From contig NC_092375.1 of the NCBI RefSeq assembly GCF_030028105.1, positions 141,759,035-141,823,034 of the forward strand: 64,000 nt of DNA, given 5' to 3'. Of the stretch, positions 11,370 through 25,076 are shown piece after piece. The notes beneath the pieces were generated by a model. That model was not told the DNA's origin and ran no database searches. It saw only the letters and a list, made by a program, of their open reading frames with translations. Numbering within the stretch: the first letter of the stretch is position 1; each line of letters opens with the position of its first letter. Made by a program: the position numbers and the translations under genes. The stretch comes from Mobula birostris. Taxonomy: Eukaryota.

Positions 11370-14300
11370 GTAAGACCTCAAGACCATAAGATATAGGAAC
11401 AGAATTAGGGCATTTGGCCCATCGAGTCTGCTCCACCATTTTATCATAGCTGATCCAATTTTCCTTTCAGCCCCAATCTCCAGCCTTCTCCCTGTACCTC
11501 TTCATGCCCTGACCAATCAAGAATCCATCAACCTCTGTCTTAATTATGCATAAAGGTTTGACCTCTGCAGCTGCCTGTTGCAACAAATTCCAGAGATTCA
11601 CCACTTTCTGGCTAAAGAAATTCCTCATTTCCATTCTAAAAGGATGCTCCTGTATTCTGAGACGGTGTCCTCTAGTCTTAGACTCTCCCACCATAGGAAG
11701 CATCCTTTCCACATCCACTCTATCAAGATCTTTCACCGTTCAATAGGTTTCAATGAGGTCACCCCTCATTCTTCTGAAATTTAAGTGAATACAGGCCCAG
11801 AGCCAACAAGCACTCTTCATATGTCAAGCCATTCAATCCTGGAATCATTTTTTGTAACCTCTTTCAAACCCTTCCAGTTTCAGCACATCCTTTCTAAGAT
11901 AGGGGCTCAAACCTGCTCACAATACTCCCAAGTGAGGCCTCACCAGTGCTTTTGAAAGTTTCAGCATTACATCCTTCCTTTTATATTCTAGTCCTCTCAA
12001 AATGAATGCTAAAATTGCATTTGCCTTCCTCACCACAGGCTCAACCTACAAATTAATCTTTGGGGAATCCTGCACAAGGACTCCCAAGTCCCTTTGCACG
12101 TCAGTTTTTTGTATTTTTTTCTCCATTTAGAAAATAGTCAACTCTTTCATTTCTTCTACCAAAGTGCATGACCATACACTTCCTGACACTATTCCATTTG
12201 CCATTTCTTTGCCCATTCTCCTAGTCTAAGTCCTTCTGTAGCCTCTCTACTTTTTCAAAACTACTTGCCTGTCCACCTATCTTCATATTGTCCATAAAAA
12301 TTTTCAGCAAGGCCATCAATTCCATCATCCAAATCATTGACATTCAATGTAAAAAGAATCAGTCCCAACACAGATCCCTGTGGAACGGACTAACTCGCCT
12401 ATAGTTTCCTTTCTTCTGCCTCTCTCCCTTCTCGAAGGATGGAATGACATTAGCAATTTTCCACTCTTCTGGAACCGTTCAAGAATCTCGTGATTCTTGA
12501 AAGATGATTACTAATGCCTCCACGATCTCTTCAGCCACCTGTTTGATAACTCTGGGGTGTGTACCATCTGGTCCAGGTGACTTTTCTACCTTCTGTCCTT
12601 TCACCTTCCCAAGAACCTTCTCTCTGTAAATGATAACCTCACACACTTCATGCCCCCTAATACCTGGAACTTTCACCACACTACCAGTGTCTTTCACAGT
12701 GGAAACTGATGCGAAATACTCAATTCAGTTCATCTGCTATTTTGTTGTCCCTCATTACTACCTTTCCAATGTCATTTTCCAGTGGTCCAATATCCACTCT
12801 TATATCTCTTTTACACTTTATGTATCTGAAGAAACTTAAGGTATCCTCATTAATATTATTGGGTAGCTTAATTTTGTATTCCATCTTTACCTTCTGAATT
12901 ACTTTTTTAATTGGCTTCTGTTGGTTTTTAAAACTTCCCATTCCTCTAACTCCCCACTAATTTTTGCTCTATTATATGCCCTCTCTTTGGCTTGTATGTT
13001 AGCGTTAACTTCTCTTGTTAGACATGGTTATGTCATCTTTCCTTTAGAATACTTCTTCCTCTTTGGGATGTATATATCCTCTGCCTCCCGAATTGCTTCC
13101 AGAAATTCCAACCTTTGCTATTCTGTTGTCATCTCTGCAAGTGTTTTTCCCAATCAATTCTGGCCAACTTCTCTCTCATGCCTCTGTAATTCCCCTTTCT
13201 CCACTTTAACACTGATACATTTGACTTTAGCTTTTCCTTCTCAAATTTCAGGGTGAGTTTGATCGTATTATGATCACTTGCCCCTAATGGTTCTTTCATC
13301 TTGAGGTCTCTAATCAATTCTGGTTCATTGCATAACACCCAATCCAGAATACCTGATCCTCTAGTGAGCTCAACCATGAGCTGTTCTAAAAAACTATCTT
13401 GTAGACACATTAGAAATTCCCCCTTTCTGTAATCCAGCACCAAGCTGATTTTCCCAATCTAACTCCATATGTCTATTCTAACATTGTCCTTTTGGCATGC
13501 ATTTTCTAACTCTTGTTGTAATTTTTATGCCACCAACTTGCTACTGTTTGGGAGTCTGTATACAACTCTCACCAGGGTTTGTTTTTTTTTTACCCTCGCA
13601 GTTCCTTAGCTCTAGCCACAATGATTCAACCGTTCCGACCATATGTCAACTCTCTAATGATTTGATTTCATTTCTTACCAACAGAGCGATGTTGTCCCTT
13701 CTGCCTTCCTGCCTGTCCTTTCAATACAATATGTATCCTGGACATCAGGCTCCCAGCTATAATCTTTCAGCCATGATTCAGTGATGCTGACATCATACCT
13801 GCCAATCTTCAACTGTGCTGCAAGTTCATCGACCTTATTCCGTATACTGTGCATGTTCAGATACAACATCTTCAGTCCTGTATTCATTCTTTTTGATTTT
13901 GTCCACCTTTTATGTTGCAACTCATCCTGTTGACCGCAATTTTTCCCTATCAACAGGATCTCCTCACTACGCATTGCCTCTATTTGTAAACCAGCTACCT
14001 CATCTTCAGCACTATTGCCCACCTTTGCTACGATACTCTTTGCATTGAAATATAGGCATTGCAGGACACTAGTTGCACTATGCTCAGCTGTTTGATTCCT
14101 AACTTTGTCTGAAGTCTTACCAGCATCTGCCTCCACAACCTTTCCACTAACTGTTTTGGCACTCTGGTTCCCATCCCCTTGCAACTCTGATTTAAACCCC
14201 ACCATGTAGCATTAACAGTCCTTCCTACTAGGATATATGTCTCCCTCCATTTCAGGTGCAAACTGTATCTTCTATACTGGTCTCAGCTTCCCTGGAAGAG

Positions 14301-14890
14301 AGCCCAATGATCCGAAAATCTTGTGCCCTCCCTCCTATACAAACTCCTGAGTCACATATTAAACTGTATAATCTTCCTAGTTCTGGACTCATTGGTGCGT
14401 GGCATGGATAGCAATCCTGAGATCTCAACTTTGGGGGTACTGTCCTTTAACTTAGCGCCTAACTCTCTGAACTCCCTATGCAGAACCTTGTCACTCATCT
14501 TACCAATGTCATGCACCACGACTTCTGGCTGTTCACCCTCCCACTTAAGAATGTTGAGGACTTGATCTGAGATATCACAGACCCTGGCACCCTGGAGGCA
14601 ACATGAAGAAGAAGAAGGTACCATCCAGGAATTTCTTTCTCACCCACAGAAACTTCCGTCTGTTCCCCTATCTAACAAATCCACTGTCACCACAGTGTGG
14701 CTCTTCTTCCCTCTTCCCTTCTGAGTCACAGAGGTAGACACAGTGCCTGAGACTCGACCACAGTGACTGGGCTCAGTTATGTCATTCCCAACACTCCCCC
14801 CCGCCCCCGCCGCCCCTGACAGTATCCAAAATGATATACCTATTGTTGAGGGGGACGGCCACAGGGGTTCTCTGCACCAGCACAAAAGGA
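11370..14890 (-). mobile_element. Decayed CR1 LINE with esterase ORF1 and an internal RT deletion
   Basis: ORF1 EQPEVVVH.DIG..EFRELG. EN SIRNKVDEL, ITESWL, ILDWVLCNEP, SDHN. KSPGPDGTHPR. C-terminal TRGH. 3' tail near 11370-11400. Confidence 0.9.
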
Positions 14891-16243
14891 GATCACTTGA
14901 CCCATTGTGTCTGTGCCAATTGTATTGGTACATCAGTGCAACATTATCCCACTGCTTGTTTTCTGGTAATCTATCATCATCTTTCTTCTGATATTTTAAA
15001 TGTAGAAAGCCTTTTCACAGAATCTGTAATCTTGCACTATTTTAAAACTTTGGATGTCTCTTTGTCTTTACTTCTGGAATGGTAGAGTTAATCCTTGAGT
15101 CTGAAGTTTGTTCTTGTAACTTCAGTTCTTTGCCAGTCATGTCAGAGGCTCTGCACAGTTCACTCTATGTTTTGGTACTGGGGTGAGGACTGGGCTGTTC
15201 AGGACATTTTCAATGCAAGCGGCTGACCTAGATAAAGCTTTGGGGAAGGGCTGGTGACTAACAGGGCCCCAAATAGCAAGTAACCTCCAGACCCTTCTTA
15301 GCATTTCCTCAATCAATAGGATCATGACTGATGTTTAACTTCAGTTGCTCTTCTGTCCTAACCTTGTATCCCTGTATGCCCTTAAAATCCAGAAATTGTT
15401 AGCAGTTCCTTTTACTAAAAGTTCTGCACAACAGAGCTTCCACTGAACTCTTCGAGATAAAATTCCAAAATTTATCTATCCTTTCGTTGATTTTATTTTT
15501 GCCATCTGAATACTGAATGCGCGACCACTTATTTTGAGGTGATGTCATCTGTTCCAGACAAACCAACTTGGAGAAATATTATTGCCTAACATTTCCTATC
15601 TTTCAATAATTATAACCCACATTGTTCTATTTATTATGCTGTTTTATTCTTATTCTTTGGTTCTAATCATATGAATTTTAACATAATTATTTTCCCATGA
15701 ATTTAACAATGTCTTAAATATTTAATAATTACAGGATTGGTACATTGGACAGATAGGTATTTTTTAATATGTAGTAATTAAAAATATGATCTTTTTTTCA
15801 TTCTTGGAAATGGAATTGTAGGTTGGCTTAAAATATAGTTAAACTTACATACTTTTAGTTATTGGCTAAGATTAAGACTGATTGGTTCTCCAAAGGTGGA
15901 ATCATGGAGTCAGTAGAGCATAGAAACAGGAATTTCAGTCCAACTTGTTCGTGCTAACCACATTGCTTCTATGAGCTAGACCCAAGCACCAGCACTTGGC
16001 CCGTATCCCTCTGAACCTTTCCTATCCATCTATCTCTTCAAATTCCTTTTAAATATTGCAATTTTTCCTGTTCTACTATTCCTCTGGCATCTTGTTCCAG
16101 ATACCCCCTACCCCCTGTCCCTAAGGTCCTCTTTAAATCTTTCCCCTCTTGCCTTAAGTTTATGCCCTCTGGTTTCAAGCTCCCTTGCTCTGCTTATTAG
16201 ATAGTCACCACTTATCCTACTGATGCCCCTCAATATTTTAATA

Positions 16244-17078
16244 TGTAACCGTCTCACTAGGCTTGTATTCAAACTTGGCTTGTTGGCTAACTGTGCTAAC
16301 AGCCACATGACAGCGGTGAGAAGACCACCTTTCATAAACAAAATACATCTAGGGTCAGTATGCTTTGAGATTCAACCAAACGGGAAAGTTGGTATGTTCC
16401 AATTAAGGATAATGGGCTGTAGCGAATGCTGTATAAATACTGCTCGTACATAGTTATTGGTAGCCCAGAAATGACAGATCGTACACCAGCATAAAATTAT
16501 AGATAAAGTATATTCGCAAGATATTCAACTTTAACAAACAGTTACTGACAAAGAAAAATACAAATAAGCCATTACAGTTAAACCTATCCAATGTGTACAT
16601 AAACGTTGGAACTTGTCTCTGGAGAAGTTGGGGGTGTATCGCTTTACTCATGCCTGGACCCATGGTCTGCGTGAAAGTGTCTGCCATATCCCAAATGCCC
16701 CTCGAAGACCATCTTGAAAGAACTCGCTCTCTCAGGAATATTGGCCCTTCCTCCTAGGAACCATTCATCTGTACAAATCACTTCTTGCAACGGGGTCTCT
16801 CCTTCCAGTGGCATTCTGCGGCATCTTCCCTTCCGCCCTGCTCCGCCAAAAGACCCCAAACTGTGTTCAGAAATCTGATCCTGCCAGCTCTCTTGAAGCA
16901 TCCACTGTGCAGAAAGTTACAATTGGCTGACACAACTTTCTTAAGTTGGACAACATGGCTCATTATCTTTAGCCAAAGCTAAAATACTCTTACCAGCAGG
17001 ACACACTGCTATTATAGAAAACTGCTAAAATAAAGTACCTCTCAGCATAGCAATAGAAATCTTAACCAGGGTATTACA
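16244..17078. mobile_element. Solo LTR, 835 bp
   Basis: TGTAA...TTACA termini. Flanks aata/tata give a 4-bp TSD with one mismatch. Homologous to 17397-18182. Confidence 0.8.
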
Positions 17079-17396
17079 TATATCTTTACAAGGTTATCCC
17101 TCAGCTTCCTACACTCCAAGGAAAACAAGTCCCAGCCAATCCAATCTCTCTTTACAACTCAGACCCTCCTTTCCTGGTAATATACTTCTGAATCTTTTCT
17201 GCAGGCTTTCAAGCAATCATAACTGTACACACTACTTCAAGTATGGATTCACTTATGTCCTTTATGTTTGTAACACAATGCCCCAACTCTTGGATTCATT
17301 ATCCTAGATGATAAAGGCAAGCATGCCAAATACCTTCTTCAACACCTTATTTACTTACTTCACCACATTCAGGGAACTATATACTTGTACCCTAAG

Positions 17397-18182
17397 TGTA
17401 GCCCCCTCACTGGGCTCTGATGCAAACTTGGCTTGTTAGCCGACTCTGCTAACAGCCACATGATTCAGTGGTGAGAAGGCCACCTCCCACAAACAATGCG
17501 TGTCTAGTGTCAGCATGATTTGGAATTCAACCAAATAGGAGTGTGTGATGTTTCGATCAAAGAAACCTCGATTTGAGCGAATATTGTGTAAATATTGCCC
17601 ATACACAACTATCGGTCGGCAAGAAATCACAGATTGTATACCACATAAAATTATAAAGAAAGTGTATTTACTAATTTCAGCTTTATCAAAGTTATTAAGA
17701 GAAAGAAAAGAAGGAAAAAAAATAAAAGGGCCCATTACAGTTAAACCAGTCTAAATGTGCACATGACCATTGGAGCTCATAGTTTCCAAAAGCTGGGTAT
17801 AGCCGTTACTCATGGTGCTGAATTCTCATTACCAATCACTGGTAGAGTTTCCCATCTTGGACTCCTTCATCTCGCAAGCTACTCCTTGCAATCACGTCTT
17901 CCCATCAGTTTGAATCCTATGCTGTCCCTCACACTCTTCTCAGCATCTCCCACCAAAAGACCATGAACCCCACCAGTGTCCATCAAAAATCTCTGTCCGC
18001 CCAGCTCTCTCTGGAACCTTTTCTGAATTCCACCATCCTGATTGGCTGATACATCATTACTAAGTTGAACATCATAGCCCCTTATCTTTGGTTGAAACCA
18101 AAACATTCTACCAGCAGGACGCACTGCTTTTGCAGAAAGTACCCTATAACATAGCAGTAGAAATCTTAACCAGGGCATTACA
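17397..18182. mobile_element. Solo LTR, 786 bp, same family
   Basis: TGTAG...TTACA termini. Perfect 4-bp TSD taag at 17393-17396 and 18183-18186. Confidence 0.88.
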
Positions 18183-18617
18183 TAAGTTTCTCTGTTCTAT
18201 AACACTTTCCAGAGCCCTCCTGCTTACTGTGTAAGCTCTGCTTTTATCTCTCCCAAATGTCTTTTCCTTGTAACATTTGTTGTGAAGTGAAACAGTTAAA
18301 GTGAGGGAAGTCAGTTATCTTTTCTGGTCCCACTGTGCTTTGATATTTACCAGCCCTTCTTGAACAAGACCATCTTGGGAAGGAAATAAGCTGTTCTTGC
18401 TGAAGTGGGGCAGGCAGTATCCCCTAATGTTATCACTTAAAGCTTGAGTGGGGTTATTTGTGTTGGATTCAGGACAAAAAGGTTAATGTTGAGTGCCCTT
18501 GTGGAAGAGGGAAGTAGGAATGTTCCTCCAAACCAGAGAACCAAAGCTCCAGACTTATTATGATGTACAGTGTAGCTGCGACACACTTCAACTGTCTCTT
18601 CACAAGGCCAACCAACA

Positions 18618-18830
18618 GTGGTGTTGGAAGTAGTGCAGCTGTCTCTCAGTTCTATAGACCTGGGTTTAATCCTGACCTCAAGTTCTGTCTTTGTGGAGTT
18701 TGCATGTTTACCTCTGTGACTGCATGCATTTCCCTACGTGCTCTGGTCTCTTCTCACATCCCAAATGTGGATTAATAGAATACCCTACATTGGACACTGT
18801 ATATTGTCCCTAGTGTAGGTGAGGGTGTTC
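18618..18830 (+). mobile_element. V-SINE (HE1-like)
   Basis: tRNA-like head with a degenerate B box (gggtttaatcc), then the V-core tgtggagtttgcatgtt...gtgctctggtctcttctcacatcccaaa. Confidence 0.75.
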
Positions 18831-18857
18831 ATGACCTTAAGTGAGAGGATAAGTAAA

Positions 18858-21068
18858 ATTGAATTGAATTGATTTTATTTCTTACATCCTTCACATACAT
18901 GAGGTGTAAAAATCTTTACATTACATCTCCATCTAAATGTGCGGTCATAGTAATTTATAATACATAGAACAGTCAATGTAACATAGAAATACACTCCAAT
19001 CAGTGTGAGTTAATCAGACTGATGGCCTGGTGGAGGAAGCTGTCCCAGAGCCTGTTGGTCCTGGCTTTTATGCTGCGGTACTGTTTCCCAGATGGAAGCA
19101 GCTGGAATAGATTGTGGTTGGGGTGAGTCGCGTCTTCAATGATCCTATGGGTCCTTTTTACACACCTGTCTTTGTAAATGTCCTGAATCATGGGAAGTTT
19201 CAGAGCTACAGATGCGCTGGGCTGTTCGCACCACTCCCTGCAGAATCCTGCGATTAAGAGAAGTACAGTTCCCATACCAGGCAGTGATGCAGCCAGTCAG
19301 GATGCTCTCAGTTGTGCTCCTGTAGAAAGTTCTTAGGATTTGGGGGCCTATACCAAACTTCCTCAGCTGTCTGAGGTGAAAGAGGTGCTGTTGTGCCTTT
19401 TTCACCAAACAGCTGGTGTACAGACCACGTGAGGTCCTCTGTGATGTGGATGCCGAGGAACTTAAAGCTGTTTACCCTCTCAACCCCAGATCCATTGATG
19501 TCAATAGGGGTTAAGCCCATCTCCATTCCTTCTGTGATCCACAACCAGCTTCTTTGTTTTTGCGACATTGAGGGAGAGGTTGTTTTCTTGACACCACTGT
19601 GTCAGAGAGATGACTTCTTCCCTGTAGGCCACCTCGTTGTTGTTTGAGATAAGGCCAATCAATGTAGTGTCGTCTGCAAATTTAATTAGGAGATTAGAGC
19701 TGTGGGTGGCAACACAGTCATGGGTATACAGGAAGTAAAGGATGGGACTTAGTACACAGCCCTGAGGGGCTCCTGTATTGAGAGTGGGGTGGAGGTGAGA
19801 GAGCCCACTTTTACCACCTGTAGGCGATCTGACAGGAAGTCCAAGATCCAGCTGCACAGGGCAGGGTGAAAGCCGAGATCTCTGAGCTTCTTGTCGAGCC
19901 TGGATGGAACAATAATGTTGAGTGCTTAACTGTAGTCCAAGAACAGCATTCTCACATAAGCATCCTCCTTCTCCAGATGTGTAAGGATGGTATGTAGAGC
20001 AGTGGCTATTGCATTGTCTGTCGATCGGTTGTGTCGGTAGGCAAATTGTAGGGGGTCCAGTTTGGGTGGTAGCATGCTGCATATGTAATCCTTGACCAGC
20101 CTCTCAAAGCATTTGCTTATTATTGAGGTGAGTGCAACAGGACGTCAGTCATTCAGGCATGTTACCTTGGTCTTTTTTGGTACAGGAACAATGGTGGATA
20201 ATTTGAAGCATGATGGCACTCTACACTGGGAGAGCGAGAGATTAAAAATGTCAGTAAACACACCTGCCAGTTGTGCTGCACACATCCTGAGTACTTATCC
20301 TGGGATGCCGTCTGGTCCTGCAGCTTTGCGACTGGCAACTCGTTGGGAACATTGCATACCTCAGCCTCAGAGATGACCAGGTTGCAGGTTGTAGCAGTGG
20401 CTTTCCGCAGAGGCTGAGAGTTAGCGACATTGAACTGAGCATAAAAGCGATTGAGCTCATCTGGGAGAGAGGCCGCGATGTTGGCAGCACCACAAAGTTT
20501 GGCTTTCAAGTCTGCGATGGTATACAGTCCTCGCCACAAGTCACATGTGCTGTTTGTTGTGAATCTTGACTCAATCTTGTCCCTGTATTGTTGTTTCGTA
20601 GACTTGATAGCTATGCGCAGGTCATAGCTGCTTTCCTTGAGCTCTAGTTAATCACCAGCAATGTAAGCTCTATGTTGTGTGGTTAGTGCTGCTTGTACGG
20701 AACTATTGATTCAGGGATTCTGGTTTGGGAAGACCCTAACCGACCTCTGGGCGATAACATCGTCGATGCACTCCCAGATGAAGCACCTGACTCCATCAGT
20801 GAACTCAGAGACATCCTCATCATGGAAGACGTTCCAGTCGATGTCATCGAAAGAGTTCTGCAGCATGGAGGCCAATCGGTTGGACCAACAGTGGATGGTT
20901 TTAACTATGGCCACCTATTGTTTCAGTTTCTGCTTGTACGTCGGCAAAAGTAGGATTGAAGAGTGATCTGATTTTCCAGAAGCTGGGCGAAAGAGAGCTT
21001 TGTAAGCATTGCGGAAGGGAGTGTAACAGTGGTCAAGTATCTTATCTCCACGAGTGCTCACCTGGAGA
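18858..21068 (-). mobile_element. Rex1/Babar-like LINE, 5'-truncated
   Basis: RT TGAPQGCVLSPILYFLYTHDC...KFADDTT; RVFPNQNP; C-terminal LLPSGKQYRSIK; (AATTC)n tail after AATAAA. Confidence 0.9.
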
Positions 21069-22004
21069 TTAAAGATTTTAATATTAGCTTTATTTGTAAC
21101 ACAACATCAAAACGTGTAGTGTCTTATGACCAAAACTGTCCAAGGATGTGCTTGGGGCAGCACACAAATGTTGCTTTGTTTTTGGTGCCAACATAGCATG
21201 CCCACAACTTACTAACCCATGCACCTTTGGAAACCCACGTAGTCACAGAGCAGAATGTATTGCATCTTACAGACTGTGGTGCAAATTGAATTGTTACGTT
21301 CGTGGCTATGCTACTTTGCCCCCCGAGGTACAAGGAAATGAGTGAATAGGATAGCCTCCTATATCAGAAGAAAATGTAGGAAACTAAAGCTTTTCCTTCC
21401 AACAGTCTTCTCCTCATCCCACCCCAAATTACACCTTCCTCCCTACCTCTTCCTTCCCCCTCTCTTAAACAATCATGCTGAGTTATTTCAGAAATTCTTC
21501 ACATAGGTTGCCACTTCCTGCCACCAAATTAACACTCCCAACCAGTGATTGAATGAGATCATACAATGATTTAGCACTAAAGTGGGCCCTTTTGGTCCAC
21601 CTTCTCTGTGTTGACTGAAATGCCTATCTACACAAGTTCAGTTTACCTTAATTAGGCCTATATCTGTGTTGTTTGGAACTCTCCATAGATTTATTTAGAT
21701 GAGGCTTTGCCTGTTAGGATTGACAGGTCTTCTAAGTCTTAGTCATTTTCCATGAACTCCATCTTAATTGAGGCCTTGATCTTTAAAGCTTTCCTGCTGT
21801 TTCTATTTACTTGATATTTGTTTGCAAAGCTCCTAATATGATCTCCCAGTTGAACTCCCAGTTTGTCTTGATTGATTGAATCGATTCCAATGTGGAATAC
21901 TTCCTAGGTATCTCTATTTTCTTCACTTGGCTTGGCAGAAGGGAAGTGTTATAACTCGTTCATTGGCATAAAATTTATACCACAAAACACTATATATTCT
22001 AAAA

Positions 22005-23346
22005 TCTAAAATTCTGGTTAATTGGGACATATCGGGACCAGTACTTTTTGGCCCATTTAAACGGCTGTCCCAGTTAGTCAACGTTTGATGGAAATAGCTA
22101 AGAAGACAACCTACCATTTAACTGAGTAATAAATGATGTATTTAAATGAAATACAGAACAAATTAGAATACTACCAATGCTACTACAGTATTATAAAACT
22201 GTCTATTAGTTCCTACGGAGGAATTCATCTGGTTTACGCTGCTGTGTATGGGTTGTTCAGGGAGAAGTAGTACCTCTAGTGAATGGGCTTGTTATGTCCA
22301 TTCTGGGGCAGCTCACTCACCTTTGGTTACCACCGGATGGATGCTCAGCTCTTATCTGTGGCTCCAAGCATCTCTTTGCATGTAACAGCAGCCACACCAA
22401 AGTACAGTGCTTCAACAGGCGAGCTAAATCGGGTGAAGGTAGCCAGTGGGACTCATACTCCGGTGAAATAGGGACATGCCTGTGCTTGCATGTGTGAAGT
22501 TACCTCCGGCAGACTGGGTGGATAAAAGCAATAGTGATCTCCAATGGCCAAGAAGGTGGTTCTGCAGTGCTTCATGGAGAGGGAAGGGCATGATAAAGCA
22601 CAGAAGAAGTCATAGTTATCCTCTGCAACCAAGGAAAACCCCAGTTTATGATGTGTACTCATACCACTGGACCCAGACTTCTGAGATTGAGAGAGTGGAA
22701 CTACCCTAGTGCAACAGTTTTTCCACTTTAAAAAAAATCTCGCAGTTCTCACCAAAATTGTCAGATACAATGGACACCTACCACTTTGCCATGTTCTTTT
22801 GATTGACTGTAAATTAACAAAATTAGCACAGACATCTAGTGCAGATAATGGACTGCCTTCATACAATACTTTTGGTGATTGCATCCTCCAGATTCGTTGT
22901 AATATTCAAGATGATTTTTGATACATTCAAATTCTTAGTAGTTCCAAACTTGTTGAAGTAATGAAATTGTTTCATTTTCACTCAATTCTGGCACCTTCGA
23001 ATGCTTGAAACCGTAGTGAGCAAAACAATTCTGAATTGTCTTGCTGCTTATTTCTTGCCAACAATCAGTGACAAAAATAACTTTTTGAACACAAACACAT
23101 ACAAATGAAAGAATTTAAAAGCTGTTTGCTTTAAGCACACTGTGATGTCTAACAGGCACATAAGTGCATGCATCTGCAGCTAGTTAGAAACTGTTCTGCA
23201 ACAGTCTCCTGTTCCAACTAAGCAATATATTGCCCCAAATAAATAAAGGGAATCCTATTTTCTTGATTAGTTTTTGTTCTGTAAGAGTTGTCCCAAATAA
23301 GTGGCTGTCCCAGTTAACTAATGGCCCAATTAACTGAAATACATAG
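22005..23346. mobile_element. Tigger/pogo-like non-autonomous DNA transposon, copy A
   Basis: Degenerate TIRs attctggttaattggg / cccaattaactgaaat with subterminal gctgtccca repeats. Collinear with 59819-60960. Superfamily assignment is by recall. Confidence 0.65.
22238..22785 (+). mobile_element. Unclassified ~0.5 kb interspersed element inserted in MITE copy A
   Basis: Homologous to 60008-60455 (gaagggcatgataaagcaca, tactcataccactggac). Orientation arbitrary. Confidence 0.7.
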
Positions 23347-23934
23347 TGTTATAAGTGGCTTTAATTTCTTGAGACATTTTTGGAAGTTTTTTTTTATCTG
23401 TTCTGCAAACAGTAACTCTTACTTGAGTAGCTCCTTGCACGCATGTACTTTTCAATCTTTTAATGTTTGTTTTTCTCTCTATTTTGGATCTTAGCCAATT
23501 TTTAGGCTTACTGATTAAATTTTCATGAAAATATTTCCTTTTAGATAAAGATGCAACATAAATATTGCAAATGGTAGTGTAGCATATCATTGACACGAAC
23601 AGTTGTGTTATAACTTTAGGATTTCATAGTCAGGAATAAGTTGTGATGCATGCAAGAATGGATGCAGAACATGAGAATAATTAAAATCTTAAAGCATGTT
23701 GCCTGTGAAAACTCGAAATTCAACATAATATTTTGAGCATGTATTTCTGAAAAGAATTTTATCAAATAAGATTCATAAATATGTTCAGCATAATCTACCA
23801 CCTCACTTGAGATAATTCATACGACTGCAGTGGAAAATACAATTTCTGGTCATTAGGAAATCTTTGGTATTGTAGTAATTTATGCAATCTTGATGGTCTG
23901 AACATTCCTATAGCAATTCATTAACACACTTGTT

Positions 23935-24200
23935 AAACTAATTTAACATCCAGAGGTCTGGTTAATTGATCTGGAGCTGAGAGTTCAAATATCAGCCCAA
24001 TGAAATGGGTATTTAAGTTGTTGAATAGATTTACCATGAAACTACTTAATTATTGTTAAGAACCTCTACTGATTCACTTTTGTTACTCGGAGGAGAAAAT
24101 CCATCGTCTTTTACCCGAATTGGTCCATATGTGACCAGTGTGGTTGCCTTTTAACTCCTTTCCAGATCAATTAGGAGTAGACAGAAATTCTGAACATTGG
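23935..24200 (+). mobile_element. Old SINE, chondrichthyan-type
   Basis: B-box-like gagttcaaat and a body similar to 56840-57165. Confidence 0.45.
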
Positions 24201-24263
24201 CGTAACCTACGAAATAAGTGATAAATGGTGTGCTCCTGTTAATTTTCTTTTCTTCTTTTTTAG

Positions 24264-24362
24264 GAGGAGATTTTCAATTATGTCCACAATATGTTGTCCA
24301 TACCTGGCTATAGTACCGAAGAGAAGGAATCTGTATGGAATAAAACAATGGAACACTTCAAG
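24264..24362 (+). CDS. VPS8: VPS8 coding exon (5th), phase 0/0
   Basis: Long pyrimidine tract, tag|GAG...AAG|gtagct; 99 nt; EEIFNYVHNMLSIPGYSTEEKESVWNKTMEHFK. Confidence 0.94.
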
Positions 24363-24459
24363 GTAGCTCTTGTGAAGTAACTTGGATGTACAGATCCAGT
24401 GAGGATAGACAATATTCAAACCAAACACAAACATCCATTGTAGGTTGTATAAAGGGTTG

Positions 24460-24745
24460 GATGGCACTGTGGTACTAGTGGGGCTGCTGCTTCACAGATT
24501 TGCTGACCTGGTTTCAGTCCTGACCACTCATGCCGTTTGTGTGGAATTTGCATATTCTTCCTCTTGCACAGCCAATATCATTTAGGTGCACTGGTTTTGG
24601 CTTGTTTGAAGTTAATTGTCCACTGTATATTGCCCCTGTTGTGCCCACGAATGATAGGATCTGGAAGAAATTGATGGGAATATAAAATCGAATCTCAATA
24701 GAATGAGCGTAATAAGGGCACTTTCTGGTCAGCATTGACTTCGCA
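24460..24745 (+). mobile_element. Degenerate V-SINE
   Basis: ggcactgtggt...gctgctgcttcacag head and tgtgtggaatttgcatattcttcc core. Confidence 0.6.
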
Positions 24746-25076
24746 GACTGATAGGCCTATTATTTGTAACTGCTAGTCTTGTGTAAATCTATGTGATCGA
24801 TAAACGAAGTACATCTGATGTCAATCTTTACAACTTGTATAAACAATTTGTTATTATTTATAAAGTGTTTGTATGAGTTATATTAACTATAGGAGATAGT
24901 TTGATTCCATGGAAGAGACTAATGTGTAGGAAAAACAAATTCCTTGCTGAGGAATACGTGATATTTATCAACTATTTTCATTTCTAGCTTGCTGAATAAG
25001 ACTTGGAATTATACTAATATGATGTCCCACTTGCCTGTAATGTAGATTGAATTCGCAAAGTGAGAATTGAAGTTAT

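Larger units (their letters stand above)
15910..18260 (-). mobile_element. CR1 3' fragment split by two solo LTRs (pieces about 15910-16243, 17079-17396, 18183-18260)
   Basis: ETRGHKLKARGERFKEDLR. CR1-type sequence continues collinearly across both insertions. Confidence 0.75.

Noticed and set aside
16244-18182. Single TRIM/LTR element with two LTRs and a short internal region
   Set aside because: Each LTR has its own TSD, the interior is continuous CR1 sequence, and the LTR middles are too diverged.
18618-18700. tRNA gene
   Set aside because: Degenerate SINE head followed by the V-core; no cloverleaf.
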